A stretch of 64,000 nt of DNA from a virus, in IMG/VR virus record IMGVR_UViG_3300020202_000066, positions 1-64,000 of that record; one strand, 5' to 3'. The notes beneath the pieces are model-generated. The model saw only the letters and a list, made by a program, of their open reading frames with translations. It was not told where the DNA came from and did not search any database. The position numbers were made by a program, and so were the translations under genes. Positions within the stretch are counted from its first letter, which is position 1, and each line of letters starts with the position of its first letter. Below, one piece after another: positions 28,020 to 38,409 of this stretch.

Positions 28020-31000
28020 GGCTCGCCACCGAGGAGGAGATTGCCTACGCGCGCATCTGCAGTGACCAGATGCTCAAAGACATTCAGGATACGGCCCGTC
28101 TGGGAATCAAGCTGGTCGACGTCCTGCGCCAAGCGCTGAGAGATGATCGACTGAAACACCTGCCGCACGAGGGCAGGCTGTGGTCTGGATGTGCAGCGTG
28201 CCGGGCGATTGCATTGCTGCGTGAGGTGGTCGGATGAGCGACGAGAAAATCCAGCTGTTCGACCTGGCCTATCTGGATGAATGTAAGCGCGATGCGACAC
28301 AGCTCGAGGGCTTCGATGCGATCGCGGTCTCGATGCCCCTCTCGTACGCGATGCGGTTCGAGGCCAACGCCCGGCTGGCCCGGGAACTCGTGTCGCTGGC
28401 GAAGGACGCAATCGTCGTGCTCGAGGAGCATATGGTGAGCGACAGCACGCTCGCTGCACATGCCGCTCTGCTGCTGACGGACATCCAGCGGCTGCTTGCG
28501 AAGGTGGAAGAACCATGAGCGACCGCAAGCCCTATCTCTGCGCCGAGGCCGAGCCCTGGCATCCGCCGATAGCCACCCCTGTCTGGCACCCTGACGCCGT
28601 ACAGGTGCGCGAGTGCGATCACGAGTGCTGCGTCATCTGGCAGTGCCCGTGGTGTCACCTGGAATTCAGAGAGGAGCTGCCGCAATGAGCGACGAGAGAA
28701 TCAGCATGCCGACGGCCGACGATCTGAAGCTGGGCGACTTTGCTTTTTCGCGAGTCGCGTTCAGTGAGAGGTGGGACTGGAAAGCGAGCGTCAGCCTCGC
28801 TCGCATGATCTCCGCCGCCCGCCTGTCGGTTGAGCTCGTGCGGCTACTGCGGCTCGCTCGCGACAACGACTACCACTCAATCGTGGCCATCCAGGCGCGC
28901 GCAGCTATTGACGCGCTCCTCGCGCGGGTGGAGGGCTGAGATGGGCGATGGAGCGTGTTGTCACTACTGCCGCAAGTACGTATGCGAGTGCGAGCGTGCG
29001 CCGGAGCCTAAGGCACTGCGCTGGAATGCGCCGGACAGCAAGCGCATCGCGTACCTGGACAAGCTCGCCAAGGATTACGCTGCCCAGCTCGACGCCAACA
29101 CCGCCCGCATCGCCGCGCTCGAGCAGCAGGTGGCGTGCAGTGCGAAAGAGCGAGAGAGGCTTCAGGTGCTGCTGCGGGAGGGCGTGGCGCTGATGTCCGC
29201 CGTCGACTACTGGGGGCCCTCCGTTCCAGACGCCGTCCATGACTGGGAGGTCCGCGCCCGGCGCGAGCTGGGGGGCGAAGGCGCATGAGCGACGTGCCGG
29301 TATGCGCAGAGGGCGGGCACCGCTTTGCTGGCGAGTCCTGGGATGCCCCGTGTGAGTCCTGCGGTGTCGATCGACACGACGCTTTCGTGAGCGGGTTGCG
29401 TCACCGCATCGCCGAGCTTGAGAAGCAAATGACTGAGATGGCCGAAGCCAGGGAGCGCGCGTCGCTTGCGCTCGAGATGGATCGGATTCTGATCCAGAGG
29501 AGATTCACGCTGAAGGAGCGGTACGTGGGTCGCCTACAGGCTGACCTCGCCGCAGCCAACGAGGAGCGGAGCAGGCTGCGGGGGTTGCTGCGGAGGGGTC
29601 AGAAGCTGACGCAGTGGTCATCCTCCGGGGACATCTTGAGCTGGTCCAACGCCATCGACCGCGAGCTGGGGGAGGAGGGGCGATGAGCAGGGACACGCAC
29701 TTCCTGCTTGGCATCGTGCTGTGCTGCGTCGGCCTGCTCTGCCTGCTCGAGGCGGCCTACCCGGACGAGCAGCAGCACCGGGTCGATGCGCTCTACCGGG
29801 AGCGGGACGCCCTGCGGGCCTTGCTCCAGGAGGGGGTCCAGGCGGTCCGTACCGGATGCGATTGCCCGCAGGAGCGCTGCTCGCCGGAGCTGCGAAGGTG
29901 GGCCGACGACGCTGTCCGCGAGCTGTGGAGGTAGGGCGATGAGCGAGACGCACCAGATCAAACAGATCGCCGATCCGCATCCGGGAGGTCAGCAGTGTGG
30001 CGCGCGGCCGCTCTATGCAGCCTGTGGCCGATGCGGTCGGACGTGGGCTCTACCGGACCGTGAGATCCACAACGCCGCGGGTCGGCAGTCGCTCCGGCAG
30101 CAGTGGGAGTGGCTGCAGCTGCAGCCGTGTCCGGGCACGTCGGGTCCGCAGGAGAGCGACCATCGACGATTGGGTGCGGAGAGCGACAGGGAGGAACGAT
30201 GAGCGGGGAGAAGATCAGGATGCCGACGGCGGAACAGCTGGAGCACTGGCGCATCATGCGGCTGACGAGTGGCGGGCCGCTTAAGGGCGCCGAAGTCGTG
30301 ATGTCCACTGACGAGCATGTTTTGCTCTCGGACCTCGCGCTCCTGGCGGTGGAGCTGGTGAGGTTGCTGCGCGCGGCGGATCCAGCCACCGCTTACTGGC
30401 CATACCCGGGGTCAGATGAGCTTCGCGCGCTCCTCGCGCGGGTGGAGGGGCCATGAGCGACAAGTCGGTGATCCAAAAGGTCGTGGAGAGCGCGGCTCAG
30501 GTGCATGCCGAGCGAGTCGCGAAGGACCGGCGCATTGCCAAGCTCGAGAAGCAGGTGGAAGAGCTTCGCAGCGAGCTGACCGTCAGCCGCGCGAAGATTG
30601 CGTTCTATCGGCGACGCCTCCAGCTGATCGCTGGGGAGCGGGACCGGCTGAAGCGCGGAGAGGCGGACCTGCTGGCGGACATCGACCGGATGCAGGCGCA
30701 CGGGATCCAGCAGCAGGCGATGGTCGTCAGGCTGAGCGAGGAGCGGGGCAGGCTGCGTGGCCTTCTGCGGGTCGCGGACAGATTCATCAGGCACCGCGGG
30801 CCCTGTGACTGGAGCACGTCCAGCGAGTGTCACTGCATGTTCGTTCAGTTGCAGCACAACATCCGGTGTGAGTTCGATCCCGAGCCCCACATGGATGCTG
30901 ACGAGTTGCGCGAGCTGGGAGGGGAGGGGCGATGAGCGACGGCGCGTGCTGTCACGAGTGCCGCAGGTACCAGTGCATCTGCGGCGCGCCGGAACAGATC

Positions 31001-31513
31001 GACACCCGGCGACCGGCCTCTGATCGGGCGGCCGCGGATGGCGTCGGCTCTGGCGGCTCCCGGCGTCAGCGTCTGCTTGCTCTACTGAGGCGGGCGATCG
31101 AGCTGGTTGACCACGAGCCTCACTGTGGCTCGCGCCTCGGTGCGACTTGCCGGTGCCGCTACGGAGCATGGGCTTTGGACGTCGATCGCGAGTTCGGAGG
31201 AAATCCCGGCGAGCGCGCTCTTCACGCAACGACGTGCTGGACTGGAATGCAGTCGGGCGCGGCGTGCGACTGCGGTGGCTCGGTGATCACTCGGGGAGTG
31301 GATAGCCCGGCGGCCGCCAGCATTGTCGGCGAGTTCGGTGAGGTCTTGCGGTCGCACACCATCGTTATCTGTCAGAAGTGCTACGACCTTGAGGGCCATA
31401 TGTGCCACACGCCTGAGTGCGTCTTCTGCCGGCGCTCAATGAGCGAGGTCGCCGCCATCCTCGACACGCTGCTGATCCGTCCCCTGATCGACGGGGAAAG
31501 GCTGAAGCTATGA
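28016..31513 (+). repeat. array of 11 coupled small modular ORFs (starts 28016, 28234, 28515, 28685, 28941, 29285, 29683, 29939, 30199, 30453, 30932)
   Basis: Shared N-termini (MSDEKI.MPT; M.DGACCH.CR.Y.C.C), shared C-termini (LLARVEG; RELGGEG) and near-identical junction DNA. Confidence 0.7.
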
Positions 31514-31872
31514 GCCACGCGCCGAAGCCTCTGCGACTCAAGATGGTCGGACGTTGGGCTGAACAGTGGGTGTCGGTCGCCAAGGCGCTGCCGCCGCCAG
31601 GGTTGCTAGTTCTGGTGATGATCCGTGGTGATGACTTCCCGGCTCTCGGGCACCTCAAGTACGGAGCGGGCGATCCGCTGTCGCCCTACTTCGTGTGTCC
31701 GCAGATTGGCGCTATGGCGCCGCGCGGTTTGAAGCACCCCGAGTGGGACGACATCACGCACTGGTACGCGATGGAGAATATGCCTCCTTGGATCTCAGGG
31801 ACGGGCTGGCGTCCGCCGGGCCACGCATCCTCCGAGTGGGGATTGGGCGGGCGCGGGTGGGTGAAGAGATGA
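31510..31872 (+). CDS. DUF551-like hypothetical protein
   Basis: WVSVAKALP..VLV..ITHW pattern. Confidence 0.55.
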   Translation: MSHAPKPLRLKMVGRWAEQWVSVAKALPPPGLLVLVMIRGDDFPALGHLKYGAGDPLSPYFVCPQIGAMAPRGLKHPEWDDITHWYAMENMPPWISGTGWRPPGHASSEWGLGGRGWVKR

Positions 31873-32267
31873 TCCCGGTGAATCCCTTGACGCCCGAGGA
31901 GCCTGACGTGGCTGTCTCGTGCGCCGACATCCTGTCGGCCATTCGCCGGTGGCGATACCGGCCGGCCGGCGAGGCTGAGCTGCAGGAGGCTATCGGCCAG
32001 GCGCTCGCGGCGGCCTGCATCGCGTTCGAGCGCGAGGTCCCACTCTCCGCGGCAGACCGCATCGACTTCCTGGTGGGCAGCATCGGGCTCGAGCTCAAGG
32101 TGGACGGCGGCCCCGCGGCCGTCATGCGTCAGCTGCAGCGCTATGCCCTCAGCGAGCGAATCTCCGAGTTGGTGCTGGTGACCACGCGGAGCCAGATGGC
32201 GCGCGTACCTTCATCCCTGGCGGGCAAGGGTATTCACGTGGTGGTGCTTCGAGTGGGGTTGCAATGA
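31869..32267 (+). CDS. PD-(D/E)XK nuclease-like protein
   Basis: ERE..RIDFLV..GLELKV..QLQRY; coupled to SNF2 gene. Confidence 0.65.
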   Translation: MIPVNPLTPEEPDVAVSCADILSAIRRWRYRPAGEAELQEAIGQALAAACIAFEREVPLSAADRIDFLVGSIGLELKVDGGPAAVMRQLQRYALSERISELVLVTTRSQMARVPSSLAGKGIHVVVLRVGLQ

Positions 32268-33982
32268 GACCGGTCGGAAGCGTGGTGCTGGACCCGGAGA
32301 AGCGCGCGTGGCGGATCGAGTGCGAGCCACACGTGATGCTCCGGTTGAAGCGCGTGTTCGCGAAGGTCAACCGCGGGAGTTACAGCACGGTGGATCTCGC
32401 GGACACGACCGAGAACGCGCGGGAGCTGCTGTGGTTCCTCGATCGGTACCCGATGACGATCCTACCGAAGGGCTACCTGAAGGATAGAGCGGAGCAGCAC
32501 ATCGCCAAGCAGGCCCAGATCGCGGAGGTCTTGGCGCCGACGTACGTGCCGCGTTCGTTCGAGCTGGCGATCCCTCCTCGCGAATATCAGCGGCTCGCGG
32601 CGGACGTCGTGCTCAAGACCGGCGTGCTTCTCTTGGCGGACGATGTTGGGCTGGGAAAGACTGTGTCGTCCATCACGATGATCTCCGATCCCCGGGCTCG
32701 GCCAGCGCTCGTAGTCACGCTGACCCATCTCCCTCGACAGTGGAAGGCGGAACTCGCCCGGTTCGCGCCCAACCTGCTGGTTCACATTCTGCGCAGTGGG
32801 AAGCCGTACGAACTCGAGCGGAAGCGCGCGTGTCGAGGCCGGACACCAGACGTGATCATCACGAACTACCACAAGCTGGCCGGCTGGGCCGAGACGCTCG
32901 CCGGGCGAGTGAAGTCTGTCACGTTCGACGAGGCACAGGAGCTCCGCCACTCGGACACCGCCCGCTACGGCGCAGCGAAGCACCTTGCCGCGAAAGCGGC
33001 GTACGTCCTCGGCCTCACGGCCACGCCCATCTACAACTACGGCGGCGAGATCTACAACATCCTCTCGTGCCTGCGGGAAGACTGCCTCGGGACGCCGGAG
33101 GAGTTCGGCCGCGAGTGGACCGGCGGCGCCATCTACGACAGCACCGCCAAGGTGATCGTGAAGGACCCTCGGAGTCTCGGTGCCTACCTCCGCACGTCCG
33201 GCCTGATGCTCCGTCGAACCCGTGCTGAGGTCGGCCGCGAGATTCCTCCGATCCAGACGGTGGTCCACGAGATCGATGCGGATCCCGACGCTCTCGACAA
33301 GGTCGCCGGTAACGCCGCCGAGCTCGCGCGGATCATCCTGGACCAGGGTGGCCAGAAGGGCTTCGTCAAGATGCAGGCCTCGGAGCAGCTCAGCTACCTG
33401 CTCCGACAGGCAACGGGCATCGCCAAGGCACCCTACGTCGCGGACTTCGTTCGCCTGCTCGTCGAGAGCGGCGAGCAGGTCGTGCTCTACGGCTGGCACC
33501 GAGAGGTCTACGCACTGTGGAGGGAGCGGCTCGCCGACCTGAAACCGGCGATGTACACCGGCTCGGAAACCACGTCCCAGAAGGAGGCAGCGAAGGCTGC
33601 GTTCCTCTCCGGGGAGGCGCGAGTGTTGCTGATCTCGCTCCGCGCTGGAGCCGGCCTTGACGGGCTGCAGCGCAAGTGCCGCATCGTCGTCTTCGGGGAG
33701 CTGGATTGGAGCCCCGGGGTGCTTGAGCAGTGCATCGGGCGGGTCGCGCGTGACGGTCAGGAGGGGCAGGTTCTTGCGTACTACTTGGTCGCAGATTCGG
33801 GCTCCGATCCCGTCGTGTCCGACGTTCTCGGGCTGAAGAGCTCACAGTCTCATGCGATCCGCGATCCGGATGCCAAGCTGATTGAAGCCCAGACGGTCGA
33901 TCCGGATCGTGTGAAGCGCCTGGCTCAGGCGTATCTCGAGCAGATCTCGAAGGCATCCGGCATGGAGGTGGATAGGTCGTGA
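32264..33982 (+). CDS. SNF2-family helicase
   Basis: LADDVGLGKT, FDEAQ, LTATP, GAGLDGLQ, QCIGRVAR. Confidence 0.9.
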   Translation: MRPVGSVVLDPEKRAWRIECEPHVMLRLKRVFAKVNRGSYSTVDLADTTENARELLWFLDRYPMTILPKGYLKDRAEQHIAKQAQIAEVLAPTYVPRSFELAIPPREYQRLAADVVLKTGVLLLADDVGLGKTVSSITMISDPRARPALVVTLTHLPRQWKAELARFAPNLLVHILRSGKPYELERKRACRGRTPDVIITNYHKLAGWAETLAGRVKSVTFDEAQELRHSDTARYGAAKHLAAKAAYVLGLTATPIYNYGGEIYNILSCLREDCLGTPEEFGREWTGGAIYDSTAKVIVKDPRSLGAYLRTSGLMLRRTRAEVGREIPPIQTVVHEIDADPDALDKVAGNAAELARIILDQGGQKGFVKMQASEQLSYLLRQATGIAKAPYVADFVRLLVESGEQVVLYGWHREVYALWRERLADLKPAMYTGSETTSQKEAAKAAFLSGEARVLLISLRAGAGLDGLQRKCRIVVFGELDWSPGVLEQCIGRVARDGQEGQVLAYYLVADSGSDPVVSDVLGLKSSQSHAIRDPDAKLIEAQTVDPDRVKRLAQAYLEQISKASGMEVDRS

Positions 33983-34278
33983 CGTCTCAGGTAGCGGTGA
34001 CCCAAGACGAAGGCTGCGCTCTTCCAGGTCATCTGACCCTGGAGCAGGCCATCGCGTACATCGGGTGCTCGAAGACCTGGTTCTTTGCCAACGCCCGTAA
34101 GCATCTTCCGATCGTCCGACTCCACCGGGTGTTCTACCTCCGCTCCGATCTGGACGCGTTCATCGCGGCCCAGCGCAAGGAGCCGACGGTGGTCCCGATC
34201 AAGACCGGCCGCTCCCGGCGGGCCAGACGTCACGCAGACGCGAGTTGGCAGGACCTCGCGAAGAAGCACCGGCTGTAG
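33979..34278 (+). CDS. excisionase-like HTH protein
   Basis: LTLEQAIAYIGCS..YLRSDLDAFI; directly upstream of integrase. Confidence 0.75.
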   Translation: MTSQVAVTQDEGCALPGHLTLEQAIAYIGCSKTWFFANARKHLPIVRLHRVFYLRSDLDAFIAAQRKEPTVVPIKTGRSRRARRHADASWQDLAKKHRL

Positions 34279-34323
34279 CAGGGAGCCGCTCACCGGCGAG
34301 GTGACGGAGATCGGAGTGGACAC

Positions 34324-35577
34324 GTGGGCGAGAAGTGGAAGAAGCAGCCGTACCGCATCACAGCGCGGGGCGAGTCCTGGGAAGTGAGCCTCTACGTAGA
34401 CGGACACCGGGAGCGGAAGTCCTTCAGATGGGAGACTCCCAACGACCCGGTTGCGCGTAAGAAGGCCGAGGAGTGGGCGATTTCCTTCAAGGCCGACGCC
34501 TTCCGCGGACTCATCGGCGCCAAGAAGAAGCATCCACCGCTGCCGTTCCGGGGGCTGGCGGCGCTCTTCCTCGACGACCTGGAGTCCTCCACGAAGAACG
34601 CGAAGGGGGCGGAGAGTAGGTCTCGTCGGACCTACGTCTACTACCGCGACCGGCTCGCCCTGTACATCAGCCCGGAGCTCGGGGACATCGAGGCTCGCGA
34701 GGTGCGACGGGCTGACATCCGCCGCTACTTGAAGAAGATGAGTGACGCTGGCCTCGGGCAGGACGAGCTGAACAAGCACGTCCAGATCATCAAGCGGGTG
34801 TTCAACTGGGGGATCGAGCAGGAGAAGGTCGACGCCAACCCGGCGGCCCTACTCAAGAAGGAGAAGGCTCCCCGCAAGGTGCCGATCCGGTTCTACACGC
34901 TGGCGGAGCAGGCGGTGATCCTCGAGAAGTTGAAGGGGCCCGCGTACGGGCTGATGCTGGTGGCCTTCAAGGCCGGACTCCGGCGGCGCGAGCTGATGGG
35001 GATGCAGCTCTCCTGGATCCACTGGGACGCGAACCTCATCGAAGTGCCCTTCACGCAGCAGTTTCGGGACAAGAGCAAGGAGGGCCGGTTCGTCCCGCTG
35101 GACCCAGCCATCCGCGACTGGCTGGAGACACTCGGGCGGAAGGCCGGCCCGGTGTTCTTGACCCGGCGCTCCTACAAGTCATCGAAGGGCTTGGTCCGTC
35201 CGCTCCGCGATCCGCGGAAGCTGCTCGCTGAGATCGAGCGAGCCGTCGGCTTCCACGTGAAGCTTCACGACTGCCGGCATAGCTTCGCGTCGGTGCTCTT
35301 GGGCCAAGGGGTTGACATGCGCGATGTGCAGATAGTCCTCGGCCACGCGAGCATCACGACCACAGAGATCTACAGCCACCACGAGCCCGAGTATCTGGAA
35401 CCGGTTCGGAAGGCGATGGAGGCCGCTCGGCAGAAGGTGGCCAACCGCCACAAAACCGCCACAAGCGGGGAGGGGCCGCCGGAAGCGGCAACGGGATCAG
35501 CGGTCCAGAAGCCAGACCAGGAGCGAGAAGGAGAGGAGCGCCCTCGACTGGGATCGAACCAGCGACCCACGGATTAG
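34324..35577 (+). CDS. int: tyrosine integrase
   Basis: GLRRRE, HDCRHS, LGHASITTTEIY. Confidence 0.92.
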   Translation: MGEKWKKQPYRITARGESWEVSLYVDGHRERKSFRWETPNDPVARKKAEEWAISFKADAFRGLIGAKKKHPPLPFRGLAALFLDDLESSTKNAKGAESRSRRTYVYYRDRLALYISPELGDIEAREVRRADIRRYLKKMSDAGLGQDELNKHVQIIKRVFNWGIEQEKVDANPAALLKKEKAPRKVPIRFYTLAEQAVILEKLKGPAYGLMLVAFKAGLRRRELMGMQLSWIHWDANLIEVPFTQQFRDKSKEGRFVPLDPAIRDWLETLGRKAGPVFLTRRSYKSSKGLVRPLRDPRKLLAEIERAVGFHVKLHDCRHSFASVLLGQGVDMRDVQIVLGHASITTTEIYSHHEPEYLEPVRKAMEAARQKVANRHKTATSGEGPPEAATGSAVQKPDQEREGEERPRLGSNQRPTD

Positions 35578-35704
35578 AAGTCCGTGAATAAGCTATGTCA
35601 TTCTGGCTCGATGCTGATCTGGAGCGGCCTCGCCGGTGTCAATCTGTCGCAATCGGTCCCGATCTCTCCGCTTGAAGGCTGGGCAACCGCCACAAAACCG
35701 CCAC
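35442..35704. other. attP: 3' half of tRNA-Arg(UCU) (minus strand, 35536-35586) flanked by arm-type direct repeats
   Basis: rc CACGGA-CTTCTAA-TCCGTG..GGTTCGATCCC..GGGCGC with no 5' half; CAACCGCCACAAAACCGCCAC at 35442-35462 and 35684-35704. Confidence 0.85.
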
Positions 35705-35737
35705 GAGCGCCTCCGCTGACTGGTGGTCTTTTTACAT

Positions 35738-36502
35738 TCACAAGTCAGGGCGGCGAGGGCCGGGCCGTCTGCCTGCGCCGCGCACCGGCCGGCGCGGACC
35801 GGTCTGCTGGCGGCCGCGGCCGCTGGTATTGGCCCGCGGCGGCAGCCCGAGAGACCGCATCCGGCCGCGCACCGATCGTTCCGATCGACGCAGGCGCGCC
35901 CCTATTTCCCTCAGAGTGAGGGACTTGTCCCGGAGCATGGCATCTTCCTCCCGCGTCCACGTCCTCCGCCCAGTCCCGACGTGAGGGTCACGCGCTCGCC
36001 GTGCGCGCGCGTACTGCGTGCTCGAGTGCGGATGACGCCGGCGCCACGCAGCGTTGCTCCACCGGCTCTGACACGGACGACACGATTTGAGTCCCCGGGC
36101 TGGCCGGCGGCGGCCGCACACCGGACAGAGGCCGGCGGCTGTCCTCTCGGCCCTCCGCCGATCGAGGGCCTCTCGCGCGCGCTGGCGCGACTCGTCCGGG
36201 GGGAGCGCCTGGCGGAGTCGGATTATCCCAAGCAGGTGGGCACGCATGGCGCATGCTTGTTCGCTCCGGCCGATCGTCTCGGCCACCTGCGCAAGCGTCA
36301 AGCGCGTGTCCGCCAGCGTGCGGTCCTCCGCCGCGGACCACGGACGCGGCGGCGGTCGTAGGAGCGGCAGGCCGAGCTTGTAGCGTCGCTGGATGCAGGC
36401 GACGCGGCTGCGCCCGATCCGAGCAGCCAGCGCGTTGATGTCGCGCGCGCGCCTGAGCGCGGCGTCCTCCGTTGCGGTCCATGGTCTACTCGATGATGTC
36501 AT
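35738..36502 (-). CDS. Myb/SANT-like repeat DNA-binding protein
   Basis: Three W[TS]xxED..L..A..[IL]xRS repeats plus CxxC. Confidence 0.65.
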   Translation of the reverse strand: MTSSSRPWTATEDAALRRARDINALAARIGRSRVACIQRRYKLGLPLLRPPPRPWSAAEDRTLADTRLTLAQVAETIGRSEQACAMRAHLLGIIRLRQALPPDESRQRAREALDRRRAERTAAGLCPVCGRRRPARGLKSCRPCQSRWSNAAWRRRHPHSSTQYARARRARDPHVGTGRRTWTREEDAMLRDKSLTLREIGARLRRSERSVRGRMRSLGLPPRANTSGRGRQQTGPRRPVRGAGRRPGPRRPDL

Positions 36503-36752
36503 TCCCTCACTCCGACCTTCGCCGGGCTGCGTGCCCCGCCGCCCCCCCCATCATCTTCGCGGGGTGCGCGCCCGCGGCCACCCCCGAGCCAAGGAGGACC
36601 GCATGCCCGGCGACACCCGCGCCCTCCGCGGGGTCGCCCGCCTCACCGGGAAGGACCCCGCCGCGCTGCTGCCCGCGCTCGTGCGGAACGGGCTGCTGAG
36701 GCAGGCGAGGGGCCGGTTTGGACGTATCGGGAGCGAGCCGGGCGCGCCGGGC

Positions 36753-37016
36753 TCAACGAGCCGGGCGTCCGCTGTCAATCTCGCCCCTGACCTCGATGCC
36801 GGGGGATTCGATCACGGTGAACACGCCAGAACACCGCTTGGCGTACTCGACCGCCTCTTCTCGGCTCGGGAACGCCAAGCTGTGGCCAGGGTCGTAGGGA
36901 AGTCCGCCGACGTGCACCGCGATTCGCCATGTACCGTTCTGCTGCACGCCGCTATCGTCATGGATCAGCGGCATCTCGAAGATGAAGAGCCGCACCTGAT
37001 CCTGCCCTCGCTTCAT
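36753..37016 (-). CDS. hypothetical protein
   Basis: AGGAGG RBS, coupled. Confidence 0.5.
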   Translation of the reverse strand: MKRGQDQVRLFIFEMPLIHDDSGVQQNGTWRIAVHVGGLPYDPGHSLAFPSREEAVEYAKRCSGVFTVIESPGIEVRGEIDSGRPAR

Positions 37017-37255
37017 CGCTCCTCCTTGTTCGTCGCGCACCCACACTCGACCGCGGGCACCAGCGAGCAGCACGGCGGCAGCCGTCGGGCGTTCTGCTGG
37101 TCGCGGCACCACAGCACGTCGTCTGCCACCTCGGCGCGGGTGCCTACGAGCTGGTGCTCCGCCGGGTGCCGACCGGTGCAGCGCAGGCACCACCGCTCGA
37201 GGGTCGACTCGTCCTCGATCCGGGGAATCTTGCCGCCGACGCCGGTCCAGGTCAT
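37013..37255 (-). CDS. Cys-rich hypothetical protein
   Basis: GAGGAG RBS; CxxC..CC..CxC. Confidence 0.55.
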   Translation of the reverse strand: MTWTGVGGKIPRIEDESTLERWCLRCTGRHPAEHQLVGTRAEVADDVLWCRDQQNARRLPPCCSLVPAVECGCATNKEER

Positions 37256-37371
37256 GTTGCTCCTCTCGCCCGGGTCTCCGCCCGCGCTTCGCCTACTTCT
37301 TCTCCCACGCCCCTCGGAGAGGGGCCCGCGCCTGGCTGGCGCGGGCTGTGGACTGGGCTAGTCAGGCCCTG

Positions 37372-37452
37372 CTACACTCGGACTGTCACCCTCCAGGTGA
37401 TCGCGATCTGGCCGACCTTCACCGTCAGCTGGATCGTGTAGGTGCGCCGCAT
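37372..37452 (-). CDS. 26-aa peptide MRRTYTIQLTVKVGQIAITWRVTVRV
   Basis: Strong RBS AAGGAGG; first ORF after promoter; not in ORF track. Confidence 0.55.
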   Translation of the reverse strand: MRRTYTIQLTVKVGQIAITWRVTVRV

Positions 37453-37545
37453 AGGCTCCCTCCTTTCAGGGGCCCCAGTGGCTGCTGGGGCTTCTGTGAC
37501 CCGGGTGTCGGGTCAACGGGATGGGGCCTTTTCCTTTTCTCCTGC

Positions 37546-37607
37546 CCGGGGCCGCGTCGCGCGTCCCTCACACTCTTAACTGTAACGCGAGAGTTACTGA
37601 TGCGCAA
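37546..37607 (-). promoter_or_regulatory. duplicated early promoter/leader, copy 1
   Basis: TTGCGC-N17-TACAGT; 37546-37587 matches 38348-38389 at 41/42 nt. Confidence 0.75.
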
Positions 37608-37610
37608 GCG

Positions 37611-37946
37611 TCATCGCGAACTTTTTTCGCGCGGCCTTCGGGCGACCGGCTGCGCCCTGATCTCCGCCGACCGCTGACGCTCGCCTGGCGTCAGATCCTC
37701 CTCGTCGACTGGGACCTCCACCCGGCCGGGCTCCTCCAGGTCGAGCGCGAGGGTGAGCGTCCCGCCGAGGGCTCGCACGTACCGGTCCAGCGCTGCGACG
37801 CCCGCGCGCCAGTCCCGCTCCAGGCGTAACACCGCCTGCGGCGTCACGCCCAGCCGCTCGGCGACCTCCACCCGGTTGAGTCCCGCCAGATGCCGGGCGG
37901 CGTCCAACCCGTCGACACGCTGCGCGCCGCTTCGTCTCGTCGCCAT
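37611..37946 (-). CDS. XRE-family HTH protein
   Basis: GLNRVEVAERLGVTPQAVLRLE..YVRALGG. Confidence 0.8.
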   Translation of the reverse strand: MATRRSGAQRVDGLDAARHLAGLNRVEVAERLGVTPQAVLRLERDWRAGVAALDRYVRALGGTLTLALDLEEPGRVEVPVDEEDLTPGERQRSAEIRAQPVARRPREKSSR

Positions 37947-37980
37947 TGTCTCCTCCTCTGGGCAGCGCCCGGGCCTCCCG

Positions 37981-38148
37981 CTACTTTGCCGGCGCCAGCT
38001 CAATCGCGGCCTTCCCGGCCGGCCCGTCTGTAGCCAGTGCCTCTAGCAGCTCGTCGAGTTCTGCGTCCCGCGGCGCGGGCGACGGCGCTACCAGCCCAGC
38101 GATCGCCGCCATCACCGCGTCAATTCCATCCCCGTCCAACTCGTCCAT
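37981..38148 (-). CDS. small acidic protein
   Basis: GGAGG RBS; SPAPRDAELDELLE motif shared with next ORF. Confidence 0.5.
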   Translation of the reverse strand: MDELDGDGIDAVMAAIAGLVAPSPAPRDAELDELLEALATDGPAGKAAIELAPAK

Positions 38149-38216
38149 GTTGCCCTCCCTCCCTGCACGCCACCACGACCCAAGCGCACCGGGCCCCCTC
38201 TCGGGGGCCCCTCCGG

Positions 38217-38330
38217 CTACTTCGCCCGCTCCCTCTCCATCACCTCGATCAGGTGGTCCAGCGCTGCGTCCCTCTCCGGGCTGGCTTCGGTCGCCATCAG
38301 GGCCTCGAGCACTTCCTGCATCTCGTTCAT
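38217..38330 (-). CDS. 37-aa acidic peptide
   Basis: GGAGG RBS; MNEMQEVLEALMATEASPERDAALDHLIEVMERERAK; not in ORF track. Confidence 0.55.
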   Translation of the reverse strand: MNEMQEVLEALMATEASPERDAALDHLIEVMERERAK

Positions 38331-38347
38331 CTTGTCCTCCCTCACCG

Positions 38348-38409
38348 CCGGGGCCGCGTCGCGCGTCCCTCACACTCTCAACTGTAACGTGTGAGTTGTA
38401 GTTACGCAA
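38348..38409 (-). promoter_or_regulatory. duplicated early promoter/leader, copy 2
   Basis: TTGCGT-N17-TACAGT. Confidence 0.75.
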
